A stretch of 64,000 nucleotides of DNA from Ignavibacteriota bacterium (GCA_963701295.1 OY969585.1:3072001-3136000); one strand, 5' to 3'. Shown: positions 1-12,490, counted from the first letter of the stretch. Program-made: numbers and translations. Notes: generated by a model not told the origin, from the letters alone.

Positions 1-1194
1 TGGCTCGATTGTTCTGAACCGGATATTTCTTCCAATCTCTCTAGAACTGAAACAATCCTTCGCCAGAGTCCAACTGCATTAGGTTCGGGGTATCGGTATC
101 TTAATGCTTTTTCCTTAATGAATGCGAAAGGCGTGTACGAAGGTCAGCAAGCCACAAATCCTGATCAACGTGTATATATACTCACACGCTCCGCATTTGC
201 CGGTCAGCAACATTATGCCGCAACAACTTGGAGCGGTGACCTAGCTTCGCGTTGGTATGATCTTAAAGCACAAATCTCATCGGGCATGAATTTTACGCTT
301 TCCGGAATTCCATACTGGTCTATGGACATCGGCGGCTTTGCCGTAGAATCTCGGTATGAACATCCAACAGAAGCCGACCTTGATGAATGGCGTGAGCTGA
401 ATACTCAATGGTACCAATTTGGAGCATTCGTTCCAATCTTCCGTGTTCATGGTCAATTTCCACTTCGTGAAATTTATAATATGGCTCCGGAAGATCATCC
501 AGCATATCAATCTATGCTTAAATACAATAAGCTGCGCTATCGACTGATGCCTTACATCTATTCGCTCACCGGAATGGTTACTCATCAAGATTATACGATC
601 ATGCGCGGACTGGTTATGGATTTCGGCTATGATAAAAACGTGTTGAATATTAGCGATCAGTTTATGTTTGGTCCAGCATTTATGGTTAATCCTGTGACCA
701 AATATAAATCACGATCGCGGGCAGTCTATCTTCCTTCCGGGAGAGGCTGGTATGAATTTGCATCCGGTAAGTATTTTGCCGGAGGGCAAACAGTACAAGC
801 CGATGCACCTTACACTGAAATTCCTCTTTATATAAAAGCCGGCTCGATTATTCCATGCGGACCGGAAATTCAATACACCACAGAAAAACCGGCAGATCCG
901 ATACGATTGTTCGTATACACCGGCAGCGATGGTTCATTTACGGTCTATGAAGATGAGAATGTTAATTACAACTATGAAAAGGGATTATTCTCGACCATTC
1001 CGATGAGTTACAATGAAAATAATCATACACTTACTATTGGAAAACAGCAGGGTAACTTCCCCGGCATGCTCAAATCGCGAACATTTGAGATCGTCTTCAT
1101 TGGAAAACAAAAACCATCTGGATTTGATTTCCAATCGAAACCGGATGCTCAAATCACATACGACGGCAGTGAGCAATTGATTAAGATGAAATGA
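1..1194 (+). CDS. GH31 alpha-xylosidase, 5'-truncated by window edge
   Basis: Frame 1 is open from base 1 and reads WLDCSEPD (GH31 nucleophile motif). It continues through TRSAFAGQQ, WSGD, WSMDIGGF, FRVHG and the C-terminal YEDENVNYNYEKG domain. Confidence 0.9.
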   Translation, partial: WLDCSEPDISSNLSRTETILRQSPTALGSGYRYLNAFSLMNAKGVYEGQQATNPDQRVYILTRSAFAGQQHYAATTWSGDLASRWYDLKAQISSGMNFTLSGIPYWSMDIGGFAVESRYEHPTEADLDEWRELNTQWYQFGAFVPIFRVHGQFPLREIYNMAPEDHPAYQSMLKYNKLRYRLMPYIYSLTGMVTHQDYTIMRGLVMDFGYDKNVLNISDQFMFGPAFMVNPVTKYKSRSRAVYLPSGRGWYEFASGKYFAGGQTVQADAPYTEIPLYIKAGSIIPCGPEIQYTTEKPADPIRLFVYTGSDGSFTVYEDENVNYNYEKGLFSTIPMSYNENNHTLTIGKQQGNFPGMLKSRTFEIVFIGKQKPSGFDFQSKPDAQITYDGSEQLIKMK

Positions 1195-1242
1195 GACAAC
1201 AAATTAAATGAAAGAAGTGAAAATAGATTGAGGAAGAATGAA

Positions 1243-2925
1243 ATGAAAAAGTATTATTATGTTTTATTAGCTTGCGTTACAACTTTCTTTATGCTCATTG
1301 GCTCAGTTGTGTATGCAAAAACACTAAGCGACACCGTGCGAATGGTGTGTGTAGGAAACAGCATAACAGCAGGTTGGACGACTATTAATGCAACAACGGA
1401 TGCGTATCCTGCACAACTCGGGAGCATGCTCGGAAACAACTGGATTGTTTTCAATTCCGGCGTATCCGGCCGCACCATGTTACGTCAAGGCGATTATCCC
1501 ATTTGGAACGAGGCATTATTTAAAACCGGACTAGCATTCAATCCTGATATCGTTACTATTCTTCTGGGAACGAATGACAGTAAACCATGGAATTGGATAT
1601 ATAAAGATGCATTTGTGAATGATTATAAAGCGATGATTGATACGTTTAGAACACTACCGAGTCATCCGGTAGTATGGCTGGGCTTACCGGCTCCAGCATT
1701 TCGAGACACACTAGGAATTCGCGATTCGATCATCACAACCGACATCATTCCAATGATCCAGCAAATTGCATTAGATAAAGGCTGTCCGATTATAGATTTC
1801 AATACGGCAATGAGAAGTTATTCCGTTTTTTTCTCCGATGGAATTCACCCCAACACTACCGGTTCTGAAGCAATGGCAGAAGTAGTGTATAAAGCACTTA
1901 CAGGTAAATCGATTACAAGGGTTCAGGATGAAAATTGCGCGGCGAAGAAAACGGTAACTGTAAGCGGATCAATCGACTCGACTCTTTTTGGCGGTGGCAA
2001 TTTAGTTGATGGCATCCGCACAACAACCTGGACAGCGAATGGATTCCCTTCACAAGCAATAGTGGATTTCGGTTCGGTCCAAACAGTGGATTTCTTCCAA
2101 CTCGATTTTGGAAATTATGCAAACGCCGGATATCAATATCAAATAGAAACTGCTATAACTGCCGGCGTGTGGACAACAGTTATTGATAGCACAGCACGAA
2201 GAGATACAAGTTCCGTTTTTGTTCTTGCAAAAACAGATTCAATCCAGGCCCGCTATGTGCGTCTCACAATAACCGGAGCTGTTCATCCAAGAGGCGATAC
2301 CGTGTGTATTGCAGAATTCCGTGTTGTAAAAGCAAACGGAGGTGCACATGCGCCAGCAATCATAATTAAAAAGGTGAGCGCCAACAAAATAAATGCTGTG
2401 TATTCATTAACTCTCTTCTGGCCAAAAGATGAAAAGGGAGCTGCAATGATATACCAGCGAACCGGACAAAACGGGTTATTCCTCGGTACCACTGGATTAA
2501 AACCAGGAAATTCCTCAACAACTCAGCAGTACGTTAAGGTTGGAAATGTTTATGCATATTGTGCAGAATCTTTTTTAGACGGTGTGGAAACTTTTTCAGA
2601 TACTCTTAGCATAGATACAAATCCAACAGATGTCGATGAAACCGAATTGGATGTTATTCCTTCTGGCATTGTACTGCAGCAGTGCTATCCTAATCCATTT
2701 AATCCAATAACAAACATTTCTTTCAGTTTGCCAACAAAATCTTATATCTCATTGAAAGTTTTTGACCTTCTCGGAAGAGATGTGGCAACCATTGTCTCGG
2801 AAAATTTATCAGCGGGTAATTATACACGGCAATGGAATGCGTCAGGGATGTCAAGCGGTATCTATTTTTATCGTTTGCAGGCCGGGTCGTTTACAGAAAC
2901 CAAGAAACTATTATTACTTAAGTAA
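1243..2925 (+). CDS. SGNH/GDSL acetylesterase with F5/8-type C (CBM32-like) domain and T9SS C-terminal sorting domain
   Basis: Signal peptide from MKKYYY. SGNH blocks VGNSITAG, NSGVSGRT, LGTNDSK and DGIHPN. Discoidin-like ARYVRLTI...IAEFRV segment. C-terminal YPNPFNP...SSGIYFYRL...KKLLLLK. Confidence 0.85.
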   Translation: MKKYYYVLLACVTTFFMLIGSVVYAKTLSDTVRMVCVGNSITAGWTTINATTDAYPAQLGSMLGNNWIVFNSGVSGRTMLRQGDYPIWNEALFKTGLAFNPDIVTILLGTNDSKPWNWIYKDAFVNDYKAMIDTFRTLPSHPVVWLGLPAPAFRDTLGIRDSIITTDIIPMIQQIALDKGCPIIDFNTAMRSYSVFFSDGIHPNTTGSEAMAEVVYKALTGKSITRVQDENCAAKKTVTVSGSIDSTLFGGGNLVDGIRTTTWTANGFPSQAIVDFGSVQTVDFFQLDFGNYANAGYQYQIETAITAGVWTTVIDSTARRDTSSVFVLAKTDSIQARYVRLTITGAVHPRGDTVCIAEFRVVKANGGAHAPAIIIKKVSANKINAVYSLTLFWPKDEKGAAMIYQRTGQNGLFLGTTGLKPGNSSTTQQYVKVGNVYAYCAESFLDGVETFSDTLSIDTNPTDVDETELDVIPSGIVLQQCYPNPFNPITNISFSLPTKSYISLKVFDLLGRDVATIVSENLSAGNYTRQWNASGMSSGIYFYRLQAGSFTETKKLLLLK

Positions 2926-2943
2926 GGAAGAGCTAATTTGAAA

Positions 2944-5256
2944 ATGAAAAACTTAAGCATCATTCTCATTTTTCTGGCAATGAGCAATGTATACGCTCAA
3001 CAGCCGGCGTATAAAAATCCGTCATTGCCAATTTCACAGCGAGTCAACGATCTTCTCCAACATATGACATTGGAGGAACAGGCAGCCCAGCTTTATGAAT
3101 TATTCTCCAGGGACACTCTCGCATTTGATGCAAACGGAAATTTCCTCAGTGTTCAAGATACTGCAATTCTCAACCGCGGCGTTGGCAGCTTTGGTACCTG
3201 GGCACTGTGGCGTGAGCGTTCGCTTCGGCATCGGGTGCAATGTATAAACGGTATTCAGCAATACATGATTGAAAAAACACGACTTGGGATTCCGATATTT
3301 ACATTCGGTGAATCTCTTCATGGTTTTATGGCTAATAGTGCAACCTCATTTCCCCAAGCTATTGCACTCGGATGTACTTGGGACACTGCGTTAGTCAAAC
3401 AGGTCTTTTCTGCTTCGGCTCTTGAAGCAAGCTCACGCGGAACCCGACAGGTCCTCTCGCCCGTCATCGACTTAGCACGTGATCCGCGATGGGGACGCAC
3501 AGAAGAATGTTACGGTGAAGATCCATACTTAGTATCGCGGTTTGCGATGGCAGCAGTTTTCGGATTCCAGGGACGTGACTCACTCATCGATAATCACCAT
3601 GTCGCTGCTACATTAAAACATTTTGCTGGGCATGGTCAACCGGAAGGTGGCCGAAATATTGCTCCGGCAAATTATTCGGAACGCGAATTTCGAGAGGGAC
3701 CTCTTTATCCATTTGAAATGGCTGTAACAAAAGCTCATGCGCGGTCGATTATGGCATCATACAATGAGTGGGATGGAATTCCGAACCATGTTAATCACAA
3801 ACTTCTTACTGATATTCTTCGCGGAGAGTGGGGTTTTGACGGATTCGTTATGAGTGATGGCGGCGGCATGGACGTGACCTATCGTGAACACCTTGCTGCT
3901 GCCGATTCAATCGAATCAGGTATTCTTTCGATCAATGCAGGAATCGATTATGAACTCGGCAGAGGAAGCTGTTTCGGGACACTTGCCCAACAAGTAAAGA
4001 ATGGAAAACTCTCTGAAGCTGTCATCCGACGAGCTGCAGCTAATGTGCTGCGTGTGAAATTTGAATGCGGATTGTTCGATCATCCGTATGCTGACATCAA
4101 TTTGATGGAGCGCGTCACCAATTCCAAAGAGCACAAGGCACTTGCTCTCAAGGCCGCACATAAAGCTATGGTGCTTCTGAAAAATGATAAAAAAACTCTT
4201 CCTTTCGATCCCGCAAAGATCAAAACGCTTGCAGTCATTGGTCCAAATGCCGCTGACATTCATCTGGGCGGGTACTCATCTTCCCCAATGGAAGGTGTGA
4301 GCGTGTTGGAAGGAATTCGTGCATTCGCCAAAGATAAATTCCAGGTGCTTTATACTGAAGGATGTAAGTTGACATTGAACAAGGAATGCAACTGGCATGT
4401 CGACGAAAATCCAATTCTCAACAATCCGGAAAATGATAGAAAGCTCATAGTCGAAGCAACGGAAATTGCAAAGCGAAGTGACGCAATCGTTCTCGTCTTA
4501 GGAGAGAACGAATTAATTTGTCGCGAAGCCTGGAGCGAAAACCATCTGGGTGATCGGGACAATTTGGATTTAGTCGGACAGCAAAATGAGCTGGCTGATG
4601 CAATTTTAAAAACCGGAAAACCAACCGTTATTCTGCTTATCAATGGTCGTCCCATTACTATCAATGAATTGAGCAAAAAAGCGCCTGCAATTATCGAGTG
4701 CTGGTACCTTGGACAAGAGACTGGCCATGCGGTTGCCGATGTAATTTTTGGAAAAGTCAATCCTTCCGGCAAACTCACAGTGACCTTCCCTCACTCAATT
4801 GGACAACTGCCTTGTTATTACGACCACAAACCATCTCGCTTTCGTAGTTATGTGTTAGCTGATTCAGCTCAGCTCTACCATTTTGGCTTTGGATTGAGCT
4901 ATACTCAATTCGAATATTCCAATCTTTTCGTTTCCCCGAAAACAATTTCGGTAAACGGTACAGCAGACGTTTCGATTGATGTGCGAAATAGCGGAGCCGT
5001 GGAAGGTGACGAAATAGTTCAACTCTACATCCATGATATAATAAGTCTTCCTACGCGACCGGTGAAAGAGTTGAAAGACTTCACTCGCATCAATCTCAAA
5101 CCGGGTGAGACTAAGACAGTTAAGTTCATTCTCACTCCAGACAAACTGGCCGCGATTGGATTAGATATGAAACGAATCGTTCCAACAGGAGCTTATGAAA
5201 TTATGGTTGGAAAAAGTTCTGTCGATGTAATTCGCGATACTCTGATTGTAAAATAA
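2944..5256 (+). CDS. GH3 beta-glucosidase/beta-xylosidase with Fn3-like C-terminal domain
   Basis: Signal peptide. Motifs ESLHG, ARDPRWGRTEECYGEDP, LKHFAGHG, VMSD (nucleophile), FGFGLSYT and ELKDFTRINLKPGE. Confidence 0.92.
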   Translation: MKNLSIILIFLAMSNVYAQQPAYKNPSLPISQRVNDLLQHMTLEEQAAQLYELFSRDTLAFDANGNFLSVQDTAILNRGVGSFGTWALWRERSLRHRVQCINGIQQYMIEKTRLGIPIFTFGESLHGFMANSATSFPQAIALGCTWDTALVKQVFSASALEASSRGTRQVLSPVIDLARDPRWGRTEECYGEDPYLVSRFAMAAVFGFQGRDSLIDNHHVAATLKHFAGHGQPEGGRNIAPANYSEREFREGPLYPFEMAVTKAHARSIMASYNEWDGIPNHVNHKLLTDILRGEWGFDGFVMSDGGGMDVTYREHLAAADSIESGILSINAGIDYELGRGSCFGTLAQQVKNGKLSEAVIRRAAANVLRVKFECGLFDHPYADINLMERVTNSKEHKALALKAAHKAMVLLKNDKKTLPFDPAKIKTLAVIGPNAADIHLGGYSSSPMEGVSVLEGIRAFAKDKFQVLYTEGCKLTLNKECNWHVDENPILNNPENDRKLIVEATEIAKRSDAIVLVLGENELICREAWSENHLGDRDNLDLVGQQNELADAILKTGKPTVILLINGRPITINELSKKAPAIIECWYLGQETGHAVADVIFGKVNPSGKLTVTFPHSIGQLPCYYDHKPSRFRSYVLADSAQLYHFGFGLSYTQFEYSNLFVSPKTISVNGTADVSIDVRNSGAVEGDEIVQLYIHDIISLPTRPVKELKDFTRINLKPGETKTVKFILTPDKLAAIGLDMKRIVPTGAYEIMVGKSSVDVIRDTLIVK

Positions 5257-5310
5257 TCGTTCTTCAATATTCTTCACTTTCAAAAGAGATCAAATACCGA
5301 GGTAAATATT

Positions 5311-7293
5311 GTGAAAAAACTTATCATAACAATCTTCTCATTACTTGCTCTATCAGCGTCAGTGAACTCTCAAACGAGCACATTGGTGATCGATGCTTCG
5401 GACCTCAGGACAAAAATCAACAAGAATATCTATGGGCAGTTTTCCGAGCATCTCGGTAATTGTATCTATGGCGGTATTTGGGTTGGAAAAAATTCAGAGA
5501 TTCCCAATACCAATGGAATCCGAAATGACGTGGTTAAAGCGTTGAAGCGTATAAAAGTTCCGGTACTTCGCTGGCCGGGCGGATGCTTTGCCGATGAATA
5601 TCATTGGAAAGATGGTATTGGCCCGCGCGACAGTCGTCCCGCTATGGTCAATACCAACTGGGGCAGTGTTACTGAAGACAATAGTTTCGGCACACATGAG
5701 TTTCTTGAGTTGTGTCGACAAGTAGGATGTGATCCATATTTCACTGGTAACATTGGCAGCGGGACTGTGCAGGAACTTTCGCAATGGGTTGAGTATGTCA
5801 ATTCCGATAATGTTAGTCCAATGACTGAACTCCGGAAAAAGAATGGACAAGAAAAATCGTGGGGAGTGAAGTATTGGGGTATCGGCAACGAAAACTGGGG
5901 CTGTGGCGGGAATATGAGACCGGAATTTTATGCTGACCAAGCAAGACGGTATGGAACATACATGCGCGATTATGGAAAGAACAAGGTGTTTAAAATTGCG
6001 TGCGGTCCCTCTGACGAGGATTACAACTGGACGGAAGTTTTAATGAAAGGTGCTGCCGGTTTCATGAACGGATTATCACTCCATCACTATTCATTCAATG
6101 ATGGAAAGATTGCGGCCGATTTTGATGAATCGGGATGGTTTGACATTCTCAAGAAGACTCTGAAAATGGAAGAACTCATTACCAAACACAGCGCTATTCT
6201 GGATAAGTATGATCCGAACAAACGTGTTGCACTCGTTGTAGATGAATGGGGAACATGGTATGGTGTTGAACCCGGCACCAATCCTGGATTTCTCTATCAA
6301 CAGAATACGATGCGTGATGCGATAACTGCCGCCTGCAATTTAAATATTTTCAGTAATCATTGCGACCGAGTGAGGATGGCGAACATCGCTCAAATGGTAA
6401 ATGTTCTTCAAGCGATGATTCTCACCAAAGACGAGAAGATGGTTCTTACGCCAACGTATTACGTATTTGATATGTTCAAAGTACATCAGAATGCACTATG
6501 GGTGAAAACAACTATTGATTCTCCAAATTATGTATTCGGCGAACAAAAACTTCCCGCGGTCAATTGCTCTGCTTCGATTGATGATCATGGAAAACTTCAC
6601 ATTACACTCTGTAATATTGATCCGAAATCACAGCAAAGAATTTTTTGCAGCTTGAAGAAATTCAACGCAAAAGCAGTATCAGGACAGATACTGACTGCCA
6701 CAGAAATGAGCGCACATAATTCATTTAGCGCCCCCGTTGCTGTTGTGCCTCAACAATATTCTGGCGCTCATCTCAAGAATAATATCTTAGAAATAAATCT
6801 CCCCCCGATGTCTGTTGTCGTTCTGGAACTTGAAGGAACGTATGAGTTGTCGCCATCATTGGAACTAAAGACTCCAGAACCTGGAATCCAGTATGAATAT
6901 TATGAAGGCAAATGGAGTAATATTCCATACTTTGACTCATTAACCGTTAAGCGGTCGGGCGTGATTGAGCAATTTGTAATCCCTGAAAATAATTCCGGCG
7001 AGAATTTCGCAGTCCGATACGTTGGGTATATAAAAATCCCGGTAGATGGTTTGTATACGTTCTATACTAATTCAGACGATGGCACAAACCTGACAATTGA
7101 TAATACTGTCATAGTGGAAAATGACGGACAGCATGCCCCACAGGAACAATCCGGTATTGCAGTGTTAAAAGCTGGTTTTCATAAAATTCAAGTGAAGTTC
7201 TTCCAAGGGCCTGGAGGAAAAGTTCTAGATGTAGACTTTGAAGGACCAGGATTTACGAAACAGCTTATTTCATCCCATATGCTGTACCATTAG
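5311..7293 (+). CDS. GH51 alpha-L-arabinofuranosidase with C-terminal PA14 domain
   Basis: Motifs [42 protein letters not shown] and [14 protein letters not shown]14 motif [10 protein letters not shown] near the C-terminus. GTG start. Confidence 0.92.
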   Translation: MKKLIITIFSLLALSASVNSQTSTLVIDASDLRTKINKNIYGQFSEHLGNCIYGGIWVGKNSEIPNTNGIRNDVVKALKRIKVPVLRWPGGCFADEYHWKDGIGPRDSRPAMVNTNWGSVTEDNSFGTHEFLELCRQVGCDPYFTGNIGSGTVQELSQWVEYVNSDNVSPMTELRKKNGQEKSWGVKYWGIGNENWGCGGNMRPEFYADQARRYGTYMRDYGKNKVFKIACGPSDEDYNWTEVLMKGAAGFMNGLSLHHYSFNDGKIAADFDESGWFDILKKTLKMEELITKHSAILDKYDPNKRVALVVDEWGTWYGVEPGTNPGFLYQQNTMRDAITAACNLNIFSNHCDRVRMANIAQMVNVLQAMILTKDEKMVLTPTYYVFDMFKVHQNALWVKTTIDSPNYVFGEQKLPAVNCSASIDDHGKLHITLCNIDPKSQQRIFCSLKKFNAKAVSGQILTATEMSAHNSFSAPVAVVPQQYSGAHLKNNILEINLPPMSVVVLELEGTYELSPSLELKTPEPGIQYEYYEGKWSNIPYFDSLTVKRSGVIEQFVIPENNSGENFAVRYVGYIKIPVDGLYTFYTNSDDGTNLTIDNTVIVENDGQHAPQEQSGIAVLKAGFHKIQVKFFQGPGGKVLDVDFEGPGFTKQLISSHMLYH

Positions 7294-7306
7294 CAAAAGG
7301 ATAATA

Positions 7307-7525
7307 ATGAAGAAAGACTTAATCCGACGAGATTTTCTTGACTGCATAGTTGGCACTAGCCTTACGTTCTCCAACGTCATTTTGCCCTATTCACTTCTAA
7401 GCCAAGACCTTCACCATTCAAATAACGTCCAATCGAATATTTCAAATCCTTATCTGTTATGGTACAAACAACCAGATGCCCTAATATCATATGATGGTAA
7501 TAAGCAATCTATCAAGATGGAATAA
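7307..7525 (+). pseudogene. Truncated N-terminal relic of a Tat-exported GH95-like gene
   Basis: AAGG RBS then MKKDLIRRDFL (twin-arginine motif) and LLWYKQP, which parallels [11 protein letters not shown]...ALWYDKPA of the downstream GH95. It stops after about 72 codons. Confidence 0.6.
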
Positions 7526-7527
7526 AA

Positions 7528-9936
7528 ATGAAAGATAAAATAAATCGCCGAAAGTTTCTTAAGAGTGCCGCATTTGCTAGCGCAGTGCTACCTCTTTCTA
7601 TGTTCTCTTCACGTGTTTTCAGTCGGGAACGTCCAGCCACTGGTGATATTCCTGTTGATACACAGGGTTTATTGGCGTTATGGTATGATAAGCCGGCCAC
7701 CCAGTGGATTGAAGCCCTTCCCATTGGAAACGGACGGTTGGGTGCAATGGTTTTTGGTGGCACTGAAAACGAACGTTTGCAACTCAACGAAGACACCCTC
7801 TATGGTGGCGGTCCATATGATCCAAATAATCCTGAAGCGCTGAATGCATTACCCGAAGCTCGGCGTTTGATATTCGAAGGAAAATATAAAGAAGCTAATG
7901 ATCTGATCGGTGAAAAAATGATGGCACGACCCATCAAACAAATGCCGTTTGAACCAGTTGGTGATTTAAGGTTAGAGTTTCCAGGACATGAAACCGTTTC
8001 AAACTATCGCCGTGAATTAAATCTCAATACGGCCATTTGTAAAATCTTATACAGTTATAAGAAAATCAATTTTTCACGTGAGATTTTCTCAAGTCCAGTT
8101 GATCAAGTAATCGCCATAAGTTTAACTGCCAGCACTCCGGGTCAGATCACTTTCAATGCATCGATGACCACGCCACAGAAAGCCTCGCTCGAAACTGAAT
8201 TAAATCATACGCTCGTCATGCGTGGACAAAATGCAGAGTCCATGGGTATTCAAGGAGCATTGAAATTCCAAGCTCGCATTCAGGTCATCGCACAAGGAGG
8301 AAGAGCTATAGCAGAAAAAAACAAAATCTCCGTAAGCAATGCTGACTCGGTTGTGTTGTTGATTGCCAGTGCTACAAGTTACAAAAATTACAAAGATATC
8401 AGCGGTGATCCAGAAGAACTAACGAAAGCATATCTAACGAAAGCGGTTACGAAGCAATATGCTCAAATACGCGAAGCCCATGTGCAGGAACATCAGCGGT
8501 TATTTCGTCGTGTTCACATAGATCTCGGCACGTCTGATGCTGCTTTATTACCTACAGATGAACGGCTAACGAAGTTTTTGGAAGGCATTGATCCTCAATT
8601 AGCCGCACTATATTTCCAGTATGGTCGATATCTTTTAATTTCCTCTTCACGACCTGGCACTCAACCTGCAAATCTCCAAGGAATCTGGAACGAATACATG
8701 ACGCCTCCTTGGGAATGTAAGTACACAATCAATATTAACACTGAGATGAACTACTGGCCAGCAGAGCCGACAAACTTACCGGAGTGTCATGAACCTTTAC
8801 TGCGGATGGTAACAGAACTTGTCGAGAATGGAAGTCGAACAGCAAAAGTTCAATATGGTGCTGGCGGCTGGGTCTGTCATCATAACACGGATCTTTGGCG
8901 CGCCACAGCACCAATTGACGGACCACTATGGGGCTTTTGGCCAACCGGTGGAGCGTGGCTTTGTACGCATCTATGGAATCATTACGAGTTCAGCGGAGAC
9001 AAAGATTTTCTGTCAAGAATTTACCCTGTCATGAAGGGTGCCGCACAATTCTTCGTCGAAACGCTTGTTGAGGAACCGAAGCATAAATGGCTTGTAACAA
9101 ATCCAACTATCTCACCGGAAAATATTCACCCGGGCGGCGTGGCAATCTGTGCCGGACCGACGATGGACATGCAAATACTTCGCGATCTGTTTTCATATTG
9201 CATAAAGGCTTCGGATATCTTAGGAATTGATAAAGAATTTAGTACAAATCTTGCTTCTGTTCGTTCACGCTTAGCACCGATGCAGATTGGCAGGGCTGGA
9301 CAGTTGCAGGAATGGCTCGAGGATTGGGACATGGAAGCGCCAGAGCAACAGCACCGTCATGTCTCGCATTTATATGGTCTATATCCAAGCAATCAAATCA
9401 CACAGCAAGAAACACCGGAATTGTTTGCGGCAGCAAAAAAAACGTTGGCAATCCGCGGCGACGTAGGCACTGGTTGGAGTCTGGCGTGGAAAATCAACTT
9501 CTGGGCACGATTACTCAATGGTGATCATGCATACCTGCTTTTGCAAAAGGCTCTGACACCGGTCTTTTCCAAAGAGGTTAATCGTAGTGGTGGAGGTGTA
9601 TATCCTAACCTGTTCGATGCACATCCGCCTTTCCAGATCGATGGAAATTTTGGAGCAACATCCGGCATTACCGAAATGCTATTACAATCACATTTAAGTG
9701 AAATCCATCTGCTTCCTGCCCTCCCGGAAGTGTGGCAGACAGGCAGTATCAAAGGACTGCGGGCAAGAGGCGGTTTCGAAGTGGACTTTGTATGGAAAGG
9801 TGGAAAGCTTTACAACGCGACGCTCAAGAGTGTTTGGGGGACTAACTGTACAGTTCGCTATGGGAAACAAACCCGGACATTCCAAATGAGGCCGGGAGAT
9901 ATTCTTAATTTGGATGGAAATCTGGGACTCAGCTAA
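7528..9936 (+). CDS. GH95 alpha-1,2-L-fucosidase/alpha-L-galactosidase with Tat signal
   Basis: Tat motif NRRKFLK. Motifs [58 protein letters not shown] and GLRARGG. Confidence 0.93.
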   Translation: MKDKINRRKFLKSAAFASAVLPLSMFSSRVFSRERPATGDIPVDTQGLLALWYDKPATQWIEALPIGNGRLGAMVFGGTENERLQLNEDTLYGGGPYDPNNPEALNALPEARRLIFEGKYKEANDLIGEKMMARPIKQMPFEPVGDLRLEFPGHETVSNYRRELNLNTAICKILYSYKKINFSREIFSSPVDQVIAISLTASTPGQITFNASMTTPQKASLETELNHTLVMRGQNAESMGIQGALKFQARIQVIAQGGRAIAEKNKISVSNADSVVLLIASATSYKNYKDISGDPEELTKAYLTKAVTKQYAQIREAHVQEHQRLFRRVHIDLGTSDAALLPTDERLTKFLEGIDPQLAALYFQYGRYLLISSSRPGTQPANLQGIWNEYMTPPWECKYTININTEMNYWPAEPTNLPECHEPLLRMVTELVENGSRTAKVQYGAGGWVCHHNTDLWRATAPIDGPLWGFWPTGGAWLCTHLWNHYEFSGDKDFLSRIYPVMKGAAQFFVETLVEEPKHKWLVTNPTISPENIHPGGVAICAGPTMDMQILRDLFSYCIKASDILGIDKEFSTNLASVRSRLAPMQIGRAGQLQEWLEDWDMEAPEQQHRHVSHLYGLYPSNQITQQETPELFAAAKKTLAIRGDVGTGWSLAWKINFWARLLNGDHAYLLLQKALTPVFSKEVNRSGGGVYPNLFDAHPPFQIDGNFGATSGITEMLLQSHLSEIHLLPALPEVWQTGSIKGLRARGGFEVDFVWKGGKLYNATLKSVWGTNCTVRYGKQTRTFQMRPGDILNLDGNLGLS

Positions 9937-9969
9937 TTAGTCTTTGAATTGTAATCTTCAATAATAAAG

Positions 9970-12490
9970 ATGAACTTGTCTAAATTTTCACAAATCAAGA
10001 GAATCAGCAGGCTTCTGATATATGTCTGCTGTCTGACCACATTTACTCTTGCGCAGGAATTTCTACAGCATCGATCCAGCTTTAAGTTGGAAAAGTGGAA
10101 ATTCTATAAAGGAGAAATCCATTCAGCAGAAAGCGCCGGGATTATTGATGAAACCGGTTGGCAAGAGGTCAGCGTGCCACACACGTGGAATGCACAAGAT
10201 GTTCTGACAGACGGACCTCGCTATTACCAGGGGGTAGGTTGGTACCGTACCAGCTTTAGCGTGCAGCGTGATGAAAAGAATAAACGATTCTTTGTGCGAT
10301 TCGAGGGGGTCTCTCTTGTTGCGGATGTTTTTCTCAACGATCATTATTTAGGAAGTCACAAAGGCGGCTATTCTGCTTTCACATTTGAAATCACTCCGTT
10401 CCTCCGCATCGGACAAAGTAATCGAATGTCTGTGAAAGTAAATAATATAACTCAAATGGATGTCGCACCTTCAGGCACATATCTCTATCCCATCTTCGGA
10501 GGAATTTATAGGCCTGTAACAGTTTTTAGTACCAACGACGTTTGTATATCACCGTTAGATCATGCCTCCAGCGGCGTGTATATTCATCCTATCTATGTTT
10601 CCAAGGACACTGCTGATCTCACTATCGAGACATTGATTGATTATCGTTCAATACCTCTTGTGAAAACCCAATCATCGGAACTTCTACCGCCTGAAGGAAA
10701 GAAAGGGATTGGATTATATGGTGAGTATTTTCCAAATCCTGAATTCAGTGGAAGCCCAACACATACGACGGTTGATAATGAAGTGTTGTTTGATTATGGC
10801 AACAAAGGTCCATTTGAAGATATGCCAGTCGATAATTTCTCTGTAATCTGGACAGGTCGATTTATTCCTTCAAAATCCGGTTTCTATAAATTTATTTTGA
10901 AAAGTGATGATGGTTCTCGACTTTACTTCGACGGCAAACAGGTCATCGATAATTGGGGAAATCATGCTGCCCGGGAAAAGACCTATGAAGGTTTTTTAAA
11001 TTCAGGGAAGGAGTATCAAGTAAAAATCGAATATTACGAACAGAGCGGTGACGCCTCAGTAATGTTCGGATGGATGTTTACACCGGAGGATGATCAAGGA
11101 TTGGAAGTACTACTTTCCTCTTCTGTTATTGACAAGAACGGATTAGTTGTCGCTGATGCGCAGGAAAAAATAACATTGAAGAAAAGCGAGCAGAGACAAA
11201 ACACCAATAAAATCCATATCACCAATCCTCACTTGTGGAATGCTAAACGAGATCCATATCAATATACCTTGAGAGTAAGTTTGAAAGATATGAAAGGACA
11301 AACTCTAGACATAGTCGAACAACCGATAGGGATTCGATTTTTTGAAGTAAATCGAGACCGGGGTTTGATCCTTAATGGAAGACCTTATCCTCTCTATGGT
11401 GTATGCCGTCATCAGGAATGGGAAGGTCTCGGACCAGCTCTTTCAGATAAAGAACATATCAAAGATTTTGAACTCATTAAGGAATTAGGAGCGAATGGAA
11501 TTCGTTTTGCACATTACCAACAAGCGGATATTATGTATCGGCTTTGCGATGAAAACGGTTTGATTGCTTGGGCTGAAATTCCGAATACGCCGGCATATCG
11601 CACAAACCTTCCCTCCTATTTACAGAATTGCAAGGAGCAGCTTACTGAATTGATTAAGCAAAACTATAACCATCCTTCGATATTCTTTTGGGGATTATAC
11701 AACGAGATCGATATTCCAAAAGAAGATGTCATCGTACTTAATGAAACCGCAAAGCAACTTGATCCTCATCGACTGACAACGCAAGCGGATAACGTTCAGG
11801 TAAACGGCAGACACTTTGTAACAGATGTTTCCGCATGGAATTGGTACTTCGGTTGGTACTATGGTAACTTTGAAGACTATCTTCCCTGGTATGATAAGGT
11901 TACATAAAGAGCATGCCAACTTGAAAGGCGGATTAAGTGAATATGGTGCAGAGGCTTGCATCGGCCAACAGGAAGAAAATCCTAAACGGCCCGATCCGAT
12001 TGGCAAATTCTTTCCAGAACAGTATCAGCGTTTGTACCATGAAGAAGTATGGAGAGCAATCAAAGACAGAAAGGATATCTGGTGTAAATTCATTTGGAAC
12101 ATGTTTGATTTTAGCTGGACATATGCAACGCGCGGCGATAAACCTTACAAGAATTATAAAGGTCTTGTTACTCATGATCGCAAGGTGAAGAAAGATGCTT
12201 TCTACTTCTATAAAGCTAATTGGTCTGACGAACCTGTTCTGTATATTGTCAGCAGGCGAAATATAAAGCGAAAAGAAGTCCAGGTGCCAGTTGAGGTTTA
12301 CAGCAATCTTCAAAAAGTGGAATTATACGTCAATGGCGCTTTGATTTCAAAGAAACCTATGGAATCAGACATTCACAAAATAACGTGGAAACAGATAGAA
12401 TTAAAGCCCGGAAAAAATCAAATAAATGTTATCGGTTATAAGGGCGATAAAATATTCACCGATGCCTGTGAGTGGGAATACACGAAATAG
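9970..12490 (+). pseudogene. GH2 beta-galactosidase with inserted PA14 domain, split by a +1 frameshift at about 11898 (pseudogene or assembly error)
   Basis: ORF 9970-11907 has GH2 motifs (VPHTWN, FEGV, GVCRHQE, IRFAHY, GLYNE). The missing part (LSEYGAE, WNMFDF, KGLVTHDRK, FYFYKANWS) lies in ORF 11825-12490. Removing one G in GAT AAG G TTA CAT restores one ORF. Confidence 0.85.

Noticed and set aside
3847-3870. GH3 nucleophile context SDGGG instead of SDW/SDY
   Set aside because: The catalytic Asp is intact and this position varies in GH3, so it is not enough to claim novelty.
11890-11910. Programmed ribosomal frameshift or phase variation in the GH2
   Set aside because: There is no slippery heptamer, long homopolymer or obvious downstream structure, only a GG dinucleotide.
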